Positions 25,880-38,631 are shown, counted from the first letter of the stretch. The stretch is DNA of 64,000 nt from Camelus dromedarius (GCF_036321535.1 NC_087472.1:97528001-97592000), one strand, 5' to 3'. The notes: generated by a model from the letters alone, not told the origin. Made by a program: numbers and translations.

Positions 25880-27720
25880 TCAGAAGGTTTACACTACCAG
25901 GTATCAAGATAACAAACTACAATAATAGAAGCAGTATAGAATTTGCTCAAAAAGAAACAAATACGCTATTGGAACTCACAAGAATCCAAAAACAAAAAAA
26001 AAACCAAAACCGACTGGCAACCTAAAAGATACATTATCAAAAGATATGAATAGTCCCTTCACAAAAGAGGATATCTAATGTGCAATGAGCATATGAAAAG
26101 GTATATAACTCATGAGTTATAAAAGAAATGCAAGTTAAAACCACAAAGAACACATGAAAAACTGCTCACTATCACTAATTATCAGAGAAATGCAAATCAA
26201 AACTACAATGAGGTATCCCCTCACATCCGTCAGAATGGCCATCATTCAAAAGTCCACAAATGACAAATGCTGGAGAGGCTGTGGAGAAAAAGGAACCCTC
26301 CTACACTGCTGGTGGGAATGAATGCAGGTTGGTGCAGCCACTGTGGAAAACAGTGTGGAGATTCCTCAAAAGACTAGGAATAGACTTACCATATGACCCA
26401 GGAATCCCGCTCCTGGGCATCTATCCAGAAGGAACCTTACTTCAAAAAGGTTCCTGCACCCCAGTGTTCATAGCAGCACTATTTACAATAGCCAAGACAT
26501 GGAAACAGCCTAAATGTCCATCAACAGATGACTGGATAAAGAAGTGGTGGTATATTTATACAATGGAATACTATTCAACCATAAAAAACAACACCATAAT
26601 GCGATTTGCAGCAACATGGATGTCCCTGGAGAATGTCATTCTGAGTGAAGTAAGCCAGAAAGAGAAAGAAAAATACCATATGATATTGCTCATATGTGGA
26701 ATGTAAAAAAAAAAAAAAAAGAAGAACTTAAATACAAAACAGAAACAGACTCATAGACATAGAATACAAACTTGTGGTTGCCAAGGGGCATGGGGGTGGG
26801 GAGGGACAGGCTGGGAGTTCAAAATTTGTAGATACTGACAGGCATATGTAGAATAGATAAACAAGATTATACTGTATAGCACAGGGAAATATATACAAGA
26901 TCTTGTGGTAGCTCACAGAGAAAAAAATGTGACAATGAATATATATATGTTCATGTATAACTGAAAAATTGTGCTCTACACTGGAATTTTACACAACATT
27001 GAAAATGACTATAACTCAATAAGAAAAATATTTTTTTAAAAACCCACAAAGAAGTGCTTTATATTCACCAGAAAGGCTAAAACTAAAAACAGTACAAACT
27101 ATGGCAATATCAAGAATTTTCAAATTTGTGGAGCAATTAGAGCCCTCAAGTACTGCATTTAAGAGTGTAAATTAACTTTAAATATGTGTTTGGTAGTATT
27201 TACTATAGTTGAGCATACACATACTTTATGACCCAACCATTCCATTCCTAGTAATTCTAATATAAATGCGTATATACATGAACTAAAAGATATGTACAAA
27301 AAGTTCACAGCAGCATTACTCATGTTACATAGAATTGGAAACAATCCAGGTGTCCATCAACAGTAGAATGAAAAAATGAATTGTGGTGTAGTCATGTAGT
27401 GGTACATAGTACAGCAATAAAAATGAACCACAGCTACTAAGACTAACTTCGTAGATCTCACAAACATAATGTTGAACAAACAAAGCCGAACCAAAGGACA
27501 TATACTTCATACTGTGTGAATCCATTCATATGAAGTTCAAAAGCAGGCAACACTAATTTATGGTGAGAGAAGTCAAATAGTAGGTCTATTTGGGGGACAG
27601 TACCTGGGAGGGCAGAGCAATGACAGAAACTTCTTGGTTTCTATATCTTGAGCTAGGTGGTGGTTTCGTGGGGTTGCTTTTCTTTGTGAAAAATTTATCT
27701 ATCTGTGCACCCATAGGAAA
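25880..27720 (+). mobile_element. Old L1ME-like ORF2 end and 3' UTR, split by a young L1 at 26151-27037
   Basis: TTCACAAAAGAGGATATC...AGAAATGCAAGTTAAAACCACA resumes as CACCAGAAAGGCTAAAACTAAAAA...GTTCACAGCAGCATTACTC...ATGAAGTTCAAAAGCAGGCAA. Confidence 0.8.
26151..27037 (+). mobile_element. Young lineage-specific (camelid-type) L1, 5'-truncated: ORF2 C-terminus, 3' UTR and tail
   Basis: ORF 26260-26706 includes [29 protein letters not shown]...FIAALFTIAKTWKQPKCPSTDDWIKKWWYIYTMEYY (ORF2p C-terminus). TSD core CCACAAAGAA at 26141-26150 and 27044-27053, each preceded by an A-run. Confidence 0.96.
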
Positions 27721-28162
27721 GTTTATTTTTTAAGAACTTAAGTTTTACCTCCTTATTAGGCTTTTTAAGGGTAAAATTAGTTGTATTCATCAGTATCACT
27801 TACCTGTTAAGTGTCTTATTCCCTAGGACTTTGATTAGAAGTTACAAGGAGGGGAATGTTAGGTCTCCACTGCTCTGAGTTTCATCATGAGGATATTCAT
27901 TAAACTGACCTCTTCCACACTTAGACCTACCTAACGAGGTATGGTGGCTTGTTTGAGTGTATACTTTAGGAGAGAAACAGTGCAGGAGCAGCTCAGTCTC
28001 TCTCTTTTAAGCAAACTGACCTATGCACATTGTGTTCTTTTTATCCATGCCAAATGTTTTACAGGGGTATCATTGGTATTGCATTGGTTAAGCACTGCCT
28101 GCTTTGGTGGGTAAATCATTCTAATAGTAGCATTCCATCTAATTGCTGCACATCTAAGAAAG

Positions 28163-28869
28163 TGTCTTAATTCAGTTTCTCCCTCAAAGCGAGGTCTTGG
28201 ACAAGGACTTTGGTGCATATAGTTTATTTGGGAGTTGACTCTAGGAAGCAGGAGTGAAGGAATGAATAGAAAAGACAGTGGAGGAAGAAAAATCAATAAA
28301 GAATGTGTTCCTAAACTGGTAAATGATTTGGGCCACTGAAGCTCAATCCCTTTAGGGGCCCTTTGAGAAACCACGTGGAATATTTAGAATTGGCCCTCTG
28401 AGGTGCAACATTCAGCGACCAACTCCTATCTTAGTTGGTCGAGGGTTTACCCCCAGGAACTCCCACTCTTCCTGGATGCTCTGCTGGACTGCTGAGTAAC
28501 CTCTTGGGGCTTGCACAAACTGTGAGTGAGTGAGGCAGGATGTTGTTCAGACACAGAAAAGACAAGTACCCCCTTCAATAACATGGGGTTAGAGGCAGCA
28601 ACTCTATGTGTAGTCAAAAATCTACATATAACTTATAATGAGCTCTGCATATACACAGTTCTCTCTATCTATGGTTCCTCTGTAGCCATAGGTTCAACCA
28701 ACTGTGGGTATTGTAGTACTGTAGTATTTACTATTGTGAAAACAAATCTGTGCATAAGAGCACCACACAGTTCAAACCTGAATTATTCAACTGAACTTAC
28801 AACAGGTACAACTAAAGTTTGAGGTAGGCTGAATGGATTTAGCCTAGGGCACCAAAAGCCTCTGCTTTA
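28163..28869 (-). mobile_element. ERVL solo LTR, LTR33-like, interrupted by MER8
   Basis: GACAAGGACTTTGGTGCATATAGTTTATTTGGGAGTTGACTCTAGGAAGCAGGAGTGA; terminus GGGCACCAAAAGCCTCTGCT lies after the MER8. Confidence 0.75.
28563..28797 (-). mobile_element. MER8 (TcMar-Tigger MITE)
   Basis: CCCTTCAATAACATGGGGTTAGAGGC...TTCAACCAACTGTGG...TGTAGTACTGTAGTATTTACTATTG...CAGTTCAAACCTG is MER8 in reverse. Confidence 0.85.
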
Positions 28870-29204
28870 ATCACCTTCTCCAATATTAAATTTATCACTA
28901 ATAAAGCTGATATTTTGGTCTCCATATACCTCACTCCTTCTTACCTATTTTGAGTTGATTTAGGATTGCAAGTGGGTGAATGTTGTTGTTCCTGTTAATT
29001 TGGTTTGGATTTCTTTTTTTTTTTTAACTTTTTTTTTATTGATTTATATTTTTTTAAACATTTTTGGATTGATTTATAGGTTTGGATTTCTTAAGATACT
29101 AACAGTAGCAACCCAAGATTTATTTCTAATTGTTATAAACCTTGTAACTAAACCGATTTTTAAAGTATTTTATTCTTCCAGCAATACAAAAATAAAGATA
29201 TACT

Positions 29205-31300
29205 AGATTTATTCCAGCATTATTTATAATTGGAAACAACTAAACTCCCATCCATAGGAGATGGCTGAATAAATTGTTTATGGTACATCTATGCAGTGGA
29301 GTACTGTGGAGCCATAGGAAAGAATGAGGATTATCTCCATGAACTGATACGGCATAGTTTTCAGAATATGGTATTAAGTAAAAAACACAAAGTACAAAAG
29401 AGCATCTGTTATATGATAATTTTATATAAGATAGACCAGAGGTAAGAATATATCTACTCATTTTTACAAGAAGGATCACAGGAATAGTGAGCAGAAACTA
29501 ATGGAATTAGTTATTTACGAGGGTGGGTAATAACAGGGTGGAATGGATAGGAGAAGGAGTGATATCTCTTTGAATATATTTTGTATAGTTTTTACTTTTG
29601 GAAATTTGTTAATATATTGCATATTGGAAAATAAAATTGAATCAACAAGGGTAGATTGAAAAAACTTTAAACTCAAACAGAAACAAATGTAACTGTTTTT
29701 CAAGTGAACAACATTATTTACAAAGAAGGAAACAAAAAATTAATCAAAATAATTTTTAACATAGTACTTTGACTGTAAGTCTTCAATCTAAATACAAAAA
29801 TGAGCTGGAAGGAAATCTTGAACTCTTCAATGGATGCTTGTTTTCCATAGTGACATGGGTATAGCAATCCTGAAACTGTTTTTATGTAGTCTAGAAATTA
29901 AGAGAATAAAAATATATTGGTGTTTTAGGAAGCCAGACTTCTCTCATTTTAAGATGAAAGAAATATAATATGAATTAGGAGAAGGCAAAACAAAAAAAAA
30001 TTATGGCATTGAGCTCAAGTTAGAAATATCAGTGTGACAATTAAGGTCCAGATCTTGGTTTCTAAATACCATTCTGCATTAAAAGCAGAAATGGCTGATT
30101 CTAGGGCTAGGGCAAGCAAAATAAAAGATGCATCTAGACCATCTTTTTGTGCCATAAATTAAGGAAGCACTTAAAAAAGAGAATGACATTTCAAAAAGAC
30201 TTAGAAGTCATTCTGAGGAGGATCATGCTAGCCAAATTTGGGGAAATTGAGCAAAAAAATGCTTGATGACAGGAATTAAGTATAACCCAGTGTATAAGAT
30301 GAGAATTTATGAGTCCATAGAAATACTTCCACACACACACACACACACAAATAAATAAATGCAAAGGAGGGAAAGCTCTCCCTTGCAGAAGAACAGAAAA
30401 CATGACAGAGTTAGACAGTGGCCATTTTGCAATCTTATTGTAATCATTTATTCAGACAAGAGTCATCAGTGGATATTAATGCTATTAGTTGAAAGTTTGA
30501 TGGGTAACAGGATATTTACACAATCGAAAAATATTTCCCCACTTATATCTTATTAATTACAAAAGAAATTCACAGTGAAGAAAGTTGGTAGACATACCCT
30601 TTCCAAGTGATCAAAGTTAACATTGCCAATAATGAGACAGACATCATGCAGCTCCTGATATGAAGCACTAGGAACAGGACTATATACATGTAGTGTCCCT
30701 GCCGAAAATGTGTAACCTGAGTCTAAAAACAAGAAATCATTAGATAAACATAAATAGAGGTTCAGTCTACAAAATAACTGGTCTGTACTCCAAGGAACTC
30801 TTCCGTATAAAAAGAGAGTAAAGAGACCTGACACCTAAATGCATTTGTGATCTCAGACAATGTCCTGGACCATGGAGGAAAAACAATACAAAGAATATCA
30901 TTAGTACAATTGGCAAGGCTATATTGCACAATATATTAGATAATAATACTTCATTAGTATGAAAGTCCCAAATCTGATGATAGTACTGTTAAGAGGATGT
31001 GCTTTTGCTTAAGGCTCTATGTGTTAAAGTATTTAGGGGTAAAGGATCACGTTGCTGACAAATGATTGAATTCAATAAATAACTCAGCAAAAGTAATAGC
31101 AGTAATAGTTATTTTTGCTATAATATATAATATTTATAATATAAAATATAATGTTGTTATATGGAGGGAGCAAGCAGATGTGGCAAAGTGAGAACAATGA
31201 ATTATTCCAGGTGAAGGGTATTTGGGAATTCATTATATTATTCCTAGAGCATTTACGTAAGTTTGAAGTTTTTTCAAAATACAAATGTAAAAATTAAAAG
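29205..31300 (+). mobile_element. L1MC4-like long 3' region
   Basis: GCAGAAATGGCTGATTCTAGGGCTAGGGCA, CCAAGTGATCAAAGTTAACATTGCCAATAATGAGACA and terminal GTAAGTTTGAAGTTTTTTCAAAATA are L1MC4/5 hallmarks. Confidence 0.85.
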
Positions 31301-32074
31301 AAAATTCTTCAGTAACATTTATTTGTAACTTAGTATTTAAAATGTTTTTGTTTCACAAATTACTTAATGCTTTTTGAAACACAGCTGATCACTGTGCCTG
31401 GGACTTATTACCTTCTGTAATAATTGGCATATACTGGATATCTCCAAAGAACTAGAAAAAATAACTTATGCCAAATATACTCTAATTGGCTAAATTTTGT
31501 CACTCATGCATCTATTCTTGGAATATGAGCCCAAATAAGGGTTTTTCCTCAAGCCAATATGCATAACTTGTGCCAAACTTTAAAAAAAAGAACATTTCTC
31601 TCTAAATTGGGACACTTTGATCAGTAATTCTGCTTTTATTATATTTTTCCATTAATGATGAATGATTAGAGAAGCTGTTAGTTGATGTTGGCCATAATTA
31701 TTTTAAAATTAATTTACAGAATAAATTCCTGATAAATTCAAAAGATAGCTTAGATTTCTCAAAATGACTTTAATCTCCCTTAACCAAGATACTTTAAATT
31801 AAAGACCTGGATGAATTAAATATAATTTCTTTACCGTCTACAGAAGCTGTCTCAAAATGCTCCAAAGTGTACTTATGACAAGATAAAGTGTTTTATCCTG
31901 TCAATCAAAATTTTAATATATACTTAGATACTGATGACTAATAGAACAAACTGAAACTCCTTGTTGGGAAAAAATATAGCTACACAGAATTTGACAAGAA
32001 AATTACAGGAATAGATACTCTTTATAAAGTATCTTGGATGGCTTTTTACATATATACTTTTTGAACTTATGTTT

Positions 32075-32320
32075 CCAGGAATATGGAATACGTCTACTTT
32101 TCCTACTCTTCCCACTACATTTAACTAAAATCCCAGGATATATAAACAGATGTAGTGAAACTCACTAAGAATGAAAGAAGGAAGATCTACTAGGGATCTC
32201 AGGACCTGAGGAATGGCATGGTGGTGAGTTCTTTGGGTTTTCTTTTTGCCTCATATATCTCAAAGTTGGAGCTGAAGAAGCTCGCAACCCAGAAACACTA
32301 ATGGGTACAGATTTTTAAAA
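32075..32320 (+). mobile_element. L1MC-type 5' end (L1MCa-like)
   Basis: CATGGTGGTGAGTTCTTTGGGTTTTCTTTTTGCCTCATATATCTCAAAGTTGGAGCTGAAGAAGC. Confidence 0.7.
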
Positions 32321-32324
32321 GTCA

Positions 32325-33014
32325 CAGGGTGGATTATACCTTCCACTTCACCCATACCTAACTTAGATGTTTTGGATGATGAGAATTTGACTCTTAAGCT
32401 TACAAGACTTAGATGAGAATTTGGACTTGAGTTAATGCTATAATGGATTGAAATTTGGGGGAACCTTGGAATAGGGTGAATGTATTTTGGTGAAGGGATG
32501 TGTATCTTTGGTGGTCAGAGGATGGACTACAGTAGATAGAATAATTTCTCCCCAAAGAGGTCCAAGTTCTAATGCCTGTAACCTGTTAACATCTTACTTT
32601 CTGTGGCAAAAAGGACTTCACAGAAGTAGTTAAATTAAGAACTTTTTAAATAAGGAGATTATTCTGGTTTTCTGGTTGGGCCTAATGTAATCACAGTGGA
32701 TCTGGTCTGTATAAGGAAAAGAGGGAGGCAGGAGATTTAAAGTCAAAGATGGAGATGTAATGGAACCAGAAGTCAGAGTGTTAGGATTGCTGACTGAGGA
32801 CCACAAGCTTAGGAATCTGGGAAGCCTCTAGAAGCTGTAAAAGGCAAGGAAATGGATTGTCCTCTAGAGCCTCCAGAAGGAGCTAAATCCTGCTGACATC
32901 TTGATTATAGCCCAATAAGACACATTTTGGAATTCTGACATCCAGAACTATAAGAAAATTTGTGATTTTTTAAACCACTAAGCTTGTGCATATTTATTTA
33001 TAGGAAATTAATAC
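32325..33014 (+). mobile_element. ERVL-MaLR: 3' end of internal region (about 32325-32527) plus MLT1C/D-like LTR (about 32528-33014)
   Basis: Internal TTGGACTTGAGTTAATGCTATAATGGATTGA...GGGTGAATGTATTTT and a purine-rich tract, then LTR CCCAAAGAGGTCCAAGTTCTAAT...GGCAAGGAAATGGATTGTCCTCTAGAGCCTCCAGAAGG...ATAGGAAATTAATAC. Confidence 0.88.
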
Positions 33015-33019
33015 CTATT

Positions 33020-35875
33020 TAAAACAAAAAGTGATGGAACTGAAAGGAAAAATAGACAAAGTACAGTTATAGTTGGATACTTCAACACCTTTCTCACTCA
33101 ACAGTTGATAGAATGACTAGACAGAAAATCAGCAAGGATATAGAAGAGCTCAATAATATCTTAAACAAATAGGATCTAGTTGACATTTGTAAAACACTGA
33201 ACACAACAGCAAAATATTTATTCTTTTCAAGTCCCCATGGAACATATACCTCTATAGATTATGCCCTAGACCATAAAACAAACATCAACAAATTTAAAAG
33301 AATTGAAATCATATGGTTCTCTGACCGCAATGTAATCCAACTAGAAATCAATAACAGAAATACAACAGATGAGTCTCCAATTACCTGAAAACTAAATAAC
33401 ATATTTCTGAATTATCCATAGGTGAAAGTATCAAGGGAAATAAAACATGCATTAACTTAAAATGAAATGCATCACATTAAAATTTGTGGGACACAATTAA
33501 CGCCATGCCGAGAGGGAATCTTACAGCACTAAATGTATACACCAGACAAGCGAAAAAAATGCCAAACCAGTAATCTAAGCTTCATTCTCTATAACCTATG
33601 GAAAGAAAAATAACCCCCAAAAAGCAGAAAGGAGGAAATAATAATAAGTAAAAAGGAACATGAAAACAGAAACAAAAGAAGAAATCAATGAAACAAAAAG
33701 TGATTTTTTAAAAAAGATCAATAAAATTGCCAAATTTCTAGCAAGAGTAAGGAAGAAAAAAATAGAGATGATGTAAGTTACCAATGTTAGGAATAACAGG
33801 GCATATCACTGCAAACTCTATAGGCATAAAAGGGTAACAAAGGAATACTACAAATACGTGTACACATAAATTTGACAAATTAGGTGAAATAGACCTCTGC
33901 CTTGAAACACACAAACTATCACAACTCACCCAATATAAAATAAATAGTTTCAATAGCCCTATAACTAACAAGAAAACTGAATTAGTACTCAAACAACTTA
34001 CCACATAGAAACTCCCAGGATCAGGTGACTTCAATGGAGAATTCTGCCCAATGTTTAAAAAATAATTAAAAGCAATTCTATACAATCTCTTTCAGAAATA
34101 CAAGAGAAGGGGACACTTTCCAATTCATTTATGAAGCTAGTAATAGCTTGACAAGAAAACGAGAAAAACACCGTTCAAAAAAAGACAAATATAGACCAGT
34201 ATACTTCATGAATATAGACACAAAAATCCTTAACAAAATATTAACACATAAAACTCAAAATGTATGGAGCGAATTTTACCCTATAACCAAGTGGAATTTA
34301 TTCCAGGAATACAAGGTGTGTTCAATATTCAAAAAAATAATCAATGTAATTCAGGCTAAAGAAGAGAAATCAGATGATTATATAAATCATTGTAGAAAAA
34401 AGTATTTGACAAAAGTCAATACCCACTTATGAGAAAAGCTCTCAGCAAACTGATAAAGAATATCTACTAAAAACCTACAGCTAACATACTTAACTGGCAA
34501 TATACTAAATGCTTTCCCCTTAATATTGAGAAAAAGAATCCCATTCTCACCACACTTATTCAACAGAGTGATGGAAATTATATCCCATGCAGCAAGGCAA
34601 GAAATTGAAATAAAAGGCATAGAGATATGTAATGAAGGAACAAAACTATTTATATTTGCAGATGATATGATTGTCTACATAGAAAGTCACTAAGTAAAAA
34701 CTTCCTAGAACTAATAAATGAGTTCAACAAGGTCATAAGTTACAAGATAAACATAAAATTAAATTCCATTTCTACATACTAACAATGAACATTTGAACAC
34801 TGAAATTAAGGATACAGTCCTATTTACAAATGCTCAAAAAAAGAAATGCTTAAGTGAAAATTTAACAAAACATATACAGGACTTGTATACTTGCCTCTAC
34901 ACATTGCTTATGAAAGAAACTTAAGATCTAAATAAGAGAGGAGACATACTGTATCCACAGACTGGAAGACTCAGGATAGCAAAGATGTCAGTTCTCCCCA
35001 AATTGATACAGGTTCAATGCAATTCCTATCAAAATCCAAGGAAGATTTTTTTTTGAAAAACAGATAATTGTGGGGAAAAAATCAGTCTCTCCTACTTCAA
35101 AACTTTTTCTATAACTATAGTATTCAAGACTGTGTGGTATAGATTGCATAGATCAATGGAACATAATAGAGAAATAGATCAACACAGATGTGCCCAACTG
35201 ATTTTTGACAAGGGTTAGAAGGCAATTCAGTAGAGGAAAAACAGCCTTTTCAACAAATGGTGCTAGATCAATTGGGCATCCATAAGGGAAAAAAAAGAAC
35301 ACCTTCCGTCTAAGTTATACCTTAACGAGAATTAACTAAAAATGGATCATAGTCCTAACTATAAAACTTCAAGGGGGAAAAAGTCATAGAAAATCTTCAG
35401 GCTCTAAGACTAGGCAAAGCACTTTTAGACTTGATACCAAAAGCATGATCCATAAAAGGAATATTTGACAAATTGTACTTTATCAAAACTAAAAACTTTT
35501 GCTTTGTGTTAGACCCTGTTAATATAATTGAAAGGTAAGCTACAGAGTGGGAGAAAACATTTCCAAATCACATGTATGACAAAGCTCTAGTATCTAGAAT
35601 ATATAAAAAACTCACAACTCAACAATAAAAAAAAGAAAAAGATGATGAGACATTTCAGTGAAGATGGCAGATAAGCACATGAAAAGATGATCAACATCTT
35701 TAGCCATTAGGGAAAAGTAAATTAAATCCACAGTAATATATAACTATATACCTATCAGAATGGCTAAAATTTAAAAAAAAAGTCACAGTACAAAATGCTG
35801 GCAAAAATGTGGAGAAATTCATACATTGATGGTAAGAATGTGAAATGCAATAGCCACTCTAGAAAAGTTTAGAAT
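33020..35875 (+). mobile_element. Old L1 (L1MC/L1M4-like) ORF2 pseudo-coding region from endonuclease through RT to C-terminus
   Basis: Collinear ORF2 motifs: KYRPVYFMNIDTKILNKIL (ORF 34148-34432) and the RT catalytic motif LFIFADDMIVYIE near 34647-34685. Many stops and frameshifts. Confidence 0.95.
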
Positions 35876-35891
35876 TTTCTAAACTTTCTCT

Positions 35892-36212
35892 GTTTTTTTT
35901 TAACATTTTTTATTGAGTTATAGTCATTTTACAATATTGTGTCAAATTCCAGTTGTAGAGCACAATTTTTCAGTTATACATCAACATACATATATTCATT
36001 GTCACTTTTTTTTTCCACTGTAAGCTACCACTAGATCTTGTATATATTTCCCCGTGCTATACAGTATAACCTTGTTTATCTATTCTGCATATGCCGTCAG
36101 TATCTACAAATTTCGAACTCCAAGTCTGTCCCTTCCCACCCCCCGCCCCCTTGGCAACCACAAGTTTGTATTCTATGTCTATGAGTCTGTTTCTGTTTTG
36201 TATTTATGTTCA
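35892..36212 (-). mobile_element. Young camelid-type L1 3' UTR fragment
   Basis: Near-identical reverse complement of about 26725-27030 (TTATTGAGTTATAGTCATTTTACAA...TTGGCAACCACAAGTTTGTATTCTATGTCTATGAGTCTG). Confidence 0.95.
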
Positions 36213-36308
36213 TTTTTTAAAATTTAATTTTAATTTAGGAATAGCTGTGAATACGCATCGACTTGTGGGAAATAATGCAGGAAAATCCCATGAAATATTT
36301 ACCCTGTT
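36213..36308 (-). mobile_element. Old L1MC/MD-type extreme 3' terminus
   Basis: TTGTGGGAAATAATGCAGGAAAATCCCATGAAATATTTACCC resembles the consensus TTGTAAGAAATAATACAGAGAGATCCCGTGTACCCTTTACCC. Confidence 0.5.
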
Positions 36309-36461
36309 TAGGTATACTTTAAACTTTTTAATTAGTTCCATAAAATATTACTACTTAAATAAAATGTACAGGGCAAAATCTGCCATTGGATTGACATTTC
36401 TTCTGTTCTTGGTAGAAAAAAGTAAAATGCCTATGCCTATAAAATTTTTACAACACCACAA

Positions 36462-37937
36462 ATAGAATGTATATTCTACTACTACTGAGGGAAGAGTTTT
36501 AAAGATACCAATTCAAGTTGATTGATAATTTTGAAGTTCTGTTGTTAGGTACATACTAATTGAGGATTGATAATTCTTGATGGATTGACTCCTTTTTTAC
36601 TAGCTAATATCTCTCTTTACACCTAATAATATTCATTGTTCTGATGCTAGGAATGCAAAGATAGTTTGACATTTGAAAAATATCAGTATAAACACCATAC
36701 TGACAGATAAAGGAGAAAACCCACATAATCATCAGATAAAAAATGCAGAGAAAACACTTGACAAAATTCAACAGATATTCATGATTTTTAAAAAAGAAAT
36801 CCTCTGCAAACTAGGAATAGAAGGAAATGTCCTTGACCTGATAAAGGGCATTTATGAAAGACCCACAGTTAACAGAATACTTAATGATGAAGGATTAAAT
36901 ATTTTCACCCTAGGACAGGGAGGAAGTCATAGATATTACTTTTTAACATTTCTATTTAACATTGTACTAGAGATCTTAGGCACCATAATGAGGCAATAAA
37001 AAGAAACTAAAAGGCATAATAATTAGAAGTAAGGAAAATTGTCACTATTTACAGATGACATGATTATATATGTAGAAAACACTATAGAATATTCAAATAA
37101 AATTCCTAGAACTAATGATTTAGTAAAGTAACAGGGCATAAACTCATTATATACAGTCATTATATTTTTATGTTCTATAAGCAAACACTTGGAAAATAAT
37201 TTTTAAAAATGTACAAGGTCATAAATGATAAAATAACTAGATCCTAGATTTAATGAAAATTGATTTCTGTCAATCATTGAGAGAAATGAGAGGATATGTA
37301 AATAAATGGAATAAAATATCACATGGATTCACAGAATCATTATTTTTGAGATGTCCATTCTTTCTAAATTTATCTATAGATGCAACACATTCTCAAGTAA
37401 CATTTGACTTACAGGTATCTGCACATACACATACACACACAATGAAATTACATACACAGAATTACTTGTAGAAGAATATTAATAGCAGCGCTTCCATGAT
37501 AGCCAAAATTTGGAAGAACCCAGGTGTATCTATCTATAGAAGAAAGGATAAGTAGTATATATTCTTACATGGGTATACTAATCCAGCAATGTAAAAGGAG
37601 AAAATCGCTGAAAGACAGAAACATAGATGAATTTAAAAACAAACAAAAACATCAAGTTGAGCAAAATGAAGCCAGAGATAAGAGACTGTACACTCTATTA
37701 TTTCACTTATGTGAAGTTCAAGAAAAGCAAAACTAAGTTATGTTGATTGAAATCAAAAGTGGTTGCCTCTAGGGTGATTGTCTCTAAAGGGACAGAAGAG
37801 GACCTTCTGGGGTAATGGAAATTTTCTATATTTTGTTATGAGTGGTTATTACTTGGATGTGTGCAACTGTTAAAACTCATCAAACGGAGTACTTAAGATC
37901 TCTGTGTTTTATTTTATGTAAATTGTACCTCAATAAA
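36462..37937 (+). mobile_element. Old L1ME-like element: antisense endonuclease-region piece (about 36462-36644) followed by sense RT region and 3' UTR
   Basis: ORF 36673-36999 includes NAEKTLDKIQQIFMI...KLGIEGNVLDLIKGIYERPT...LFNIVLEIL. TTTACAGATGACATG (FTDDM) near 37048. Ends TGTACCTCAATAAA. Confidence 0.88.
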
Positions 37938-38631
37938 TTAGTTACTGAGGCCATTGTTAATGACCATTTTATTGGCCTCATGGTTTTTGAATTTTGAGAA
38001 AAAATATTCTGGGACATTTAAAAACTCACCAACATTATCTACTTAAGTTATAGAGATAGTGAACAAGTTGAGCTTTTCAAAAAAATAGCTCATTTTTTAG
38101 ACACTAGATATTGGCAGAGAAAAGTTCATGAAAGAAAGTGCCCACTGATAAACATTATATGGTGATTGCTTTCCTCCCCAGGGTTGTTCCAACTGCCTTA
38201 AGGCTGTGTGGTTAGAATTCAGAATATCTGACAGAAATGTCCTTGACACAGTTATGACGATCTCCATCATTGCTTCAGCAAGAGTAATGTTTTAGTGTCT
38301 TTTTTCTTTCTTTTTAAATTATGCTATTAGCTTTAAGCCTCAGGGCAGAAGTACAGTAAAGTGGATAACTAATTGAAATATCTAAAATAGTCAGACAGCA
38401 GTATTCACGAACCATCACATGAAATAGCACAGAAAACTGCCACCTCTGTATAAGTATTGGTTAGATTAAGAAAGATGATTATCTTCAGAGTAAAGACTCA
38501 TCAAGGACAAGAATTTGTCTTTTATTTCACATAGCATGTCATCTGTCACAATGTTAGAGGCACATGTGTTAAAACACTCTCTGTTTTAATATAAGCAGAA
38601 GCTGTGCTATCTAGACATTCTTCTTGGGGGC

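Noticed and set aside
26260..26706. Longest ORF (148 aa) as a host gene
   Set aside because: It is the C-terminus of L1 ORF2p in a 5'-truncated insertion, with a frameshifted start and no promoter or splice context.
35892..36212. Missing TSD as evidence of an L1 insertion-mediated deletion
   Set aside because: Both ends fall in T-runs (its own tail and the tail of an older antisense L1), so a homopolymeric TSD would be invisible.
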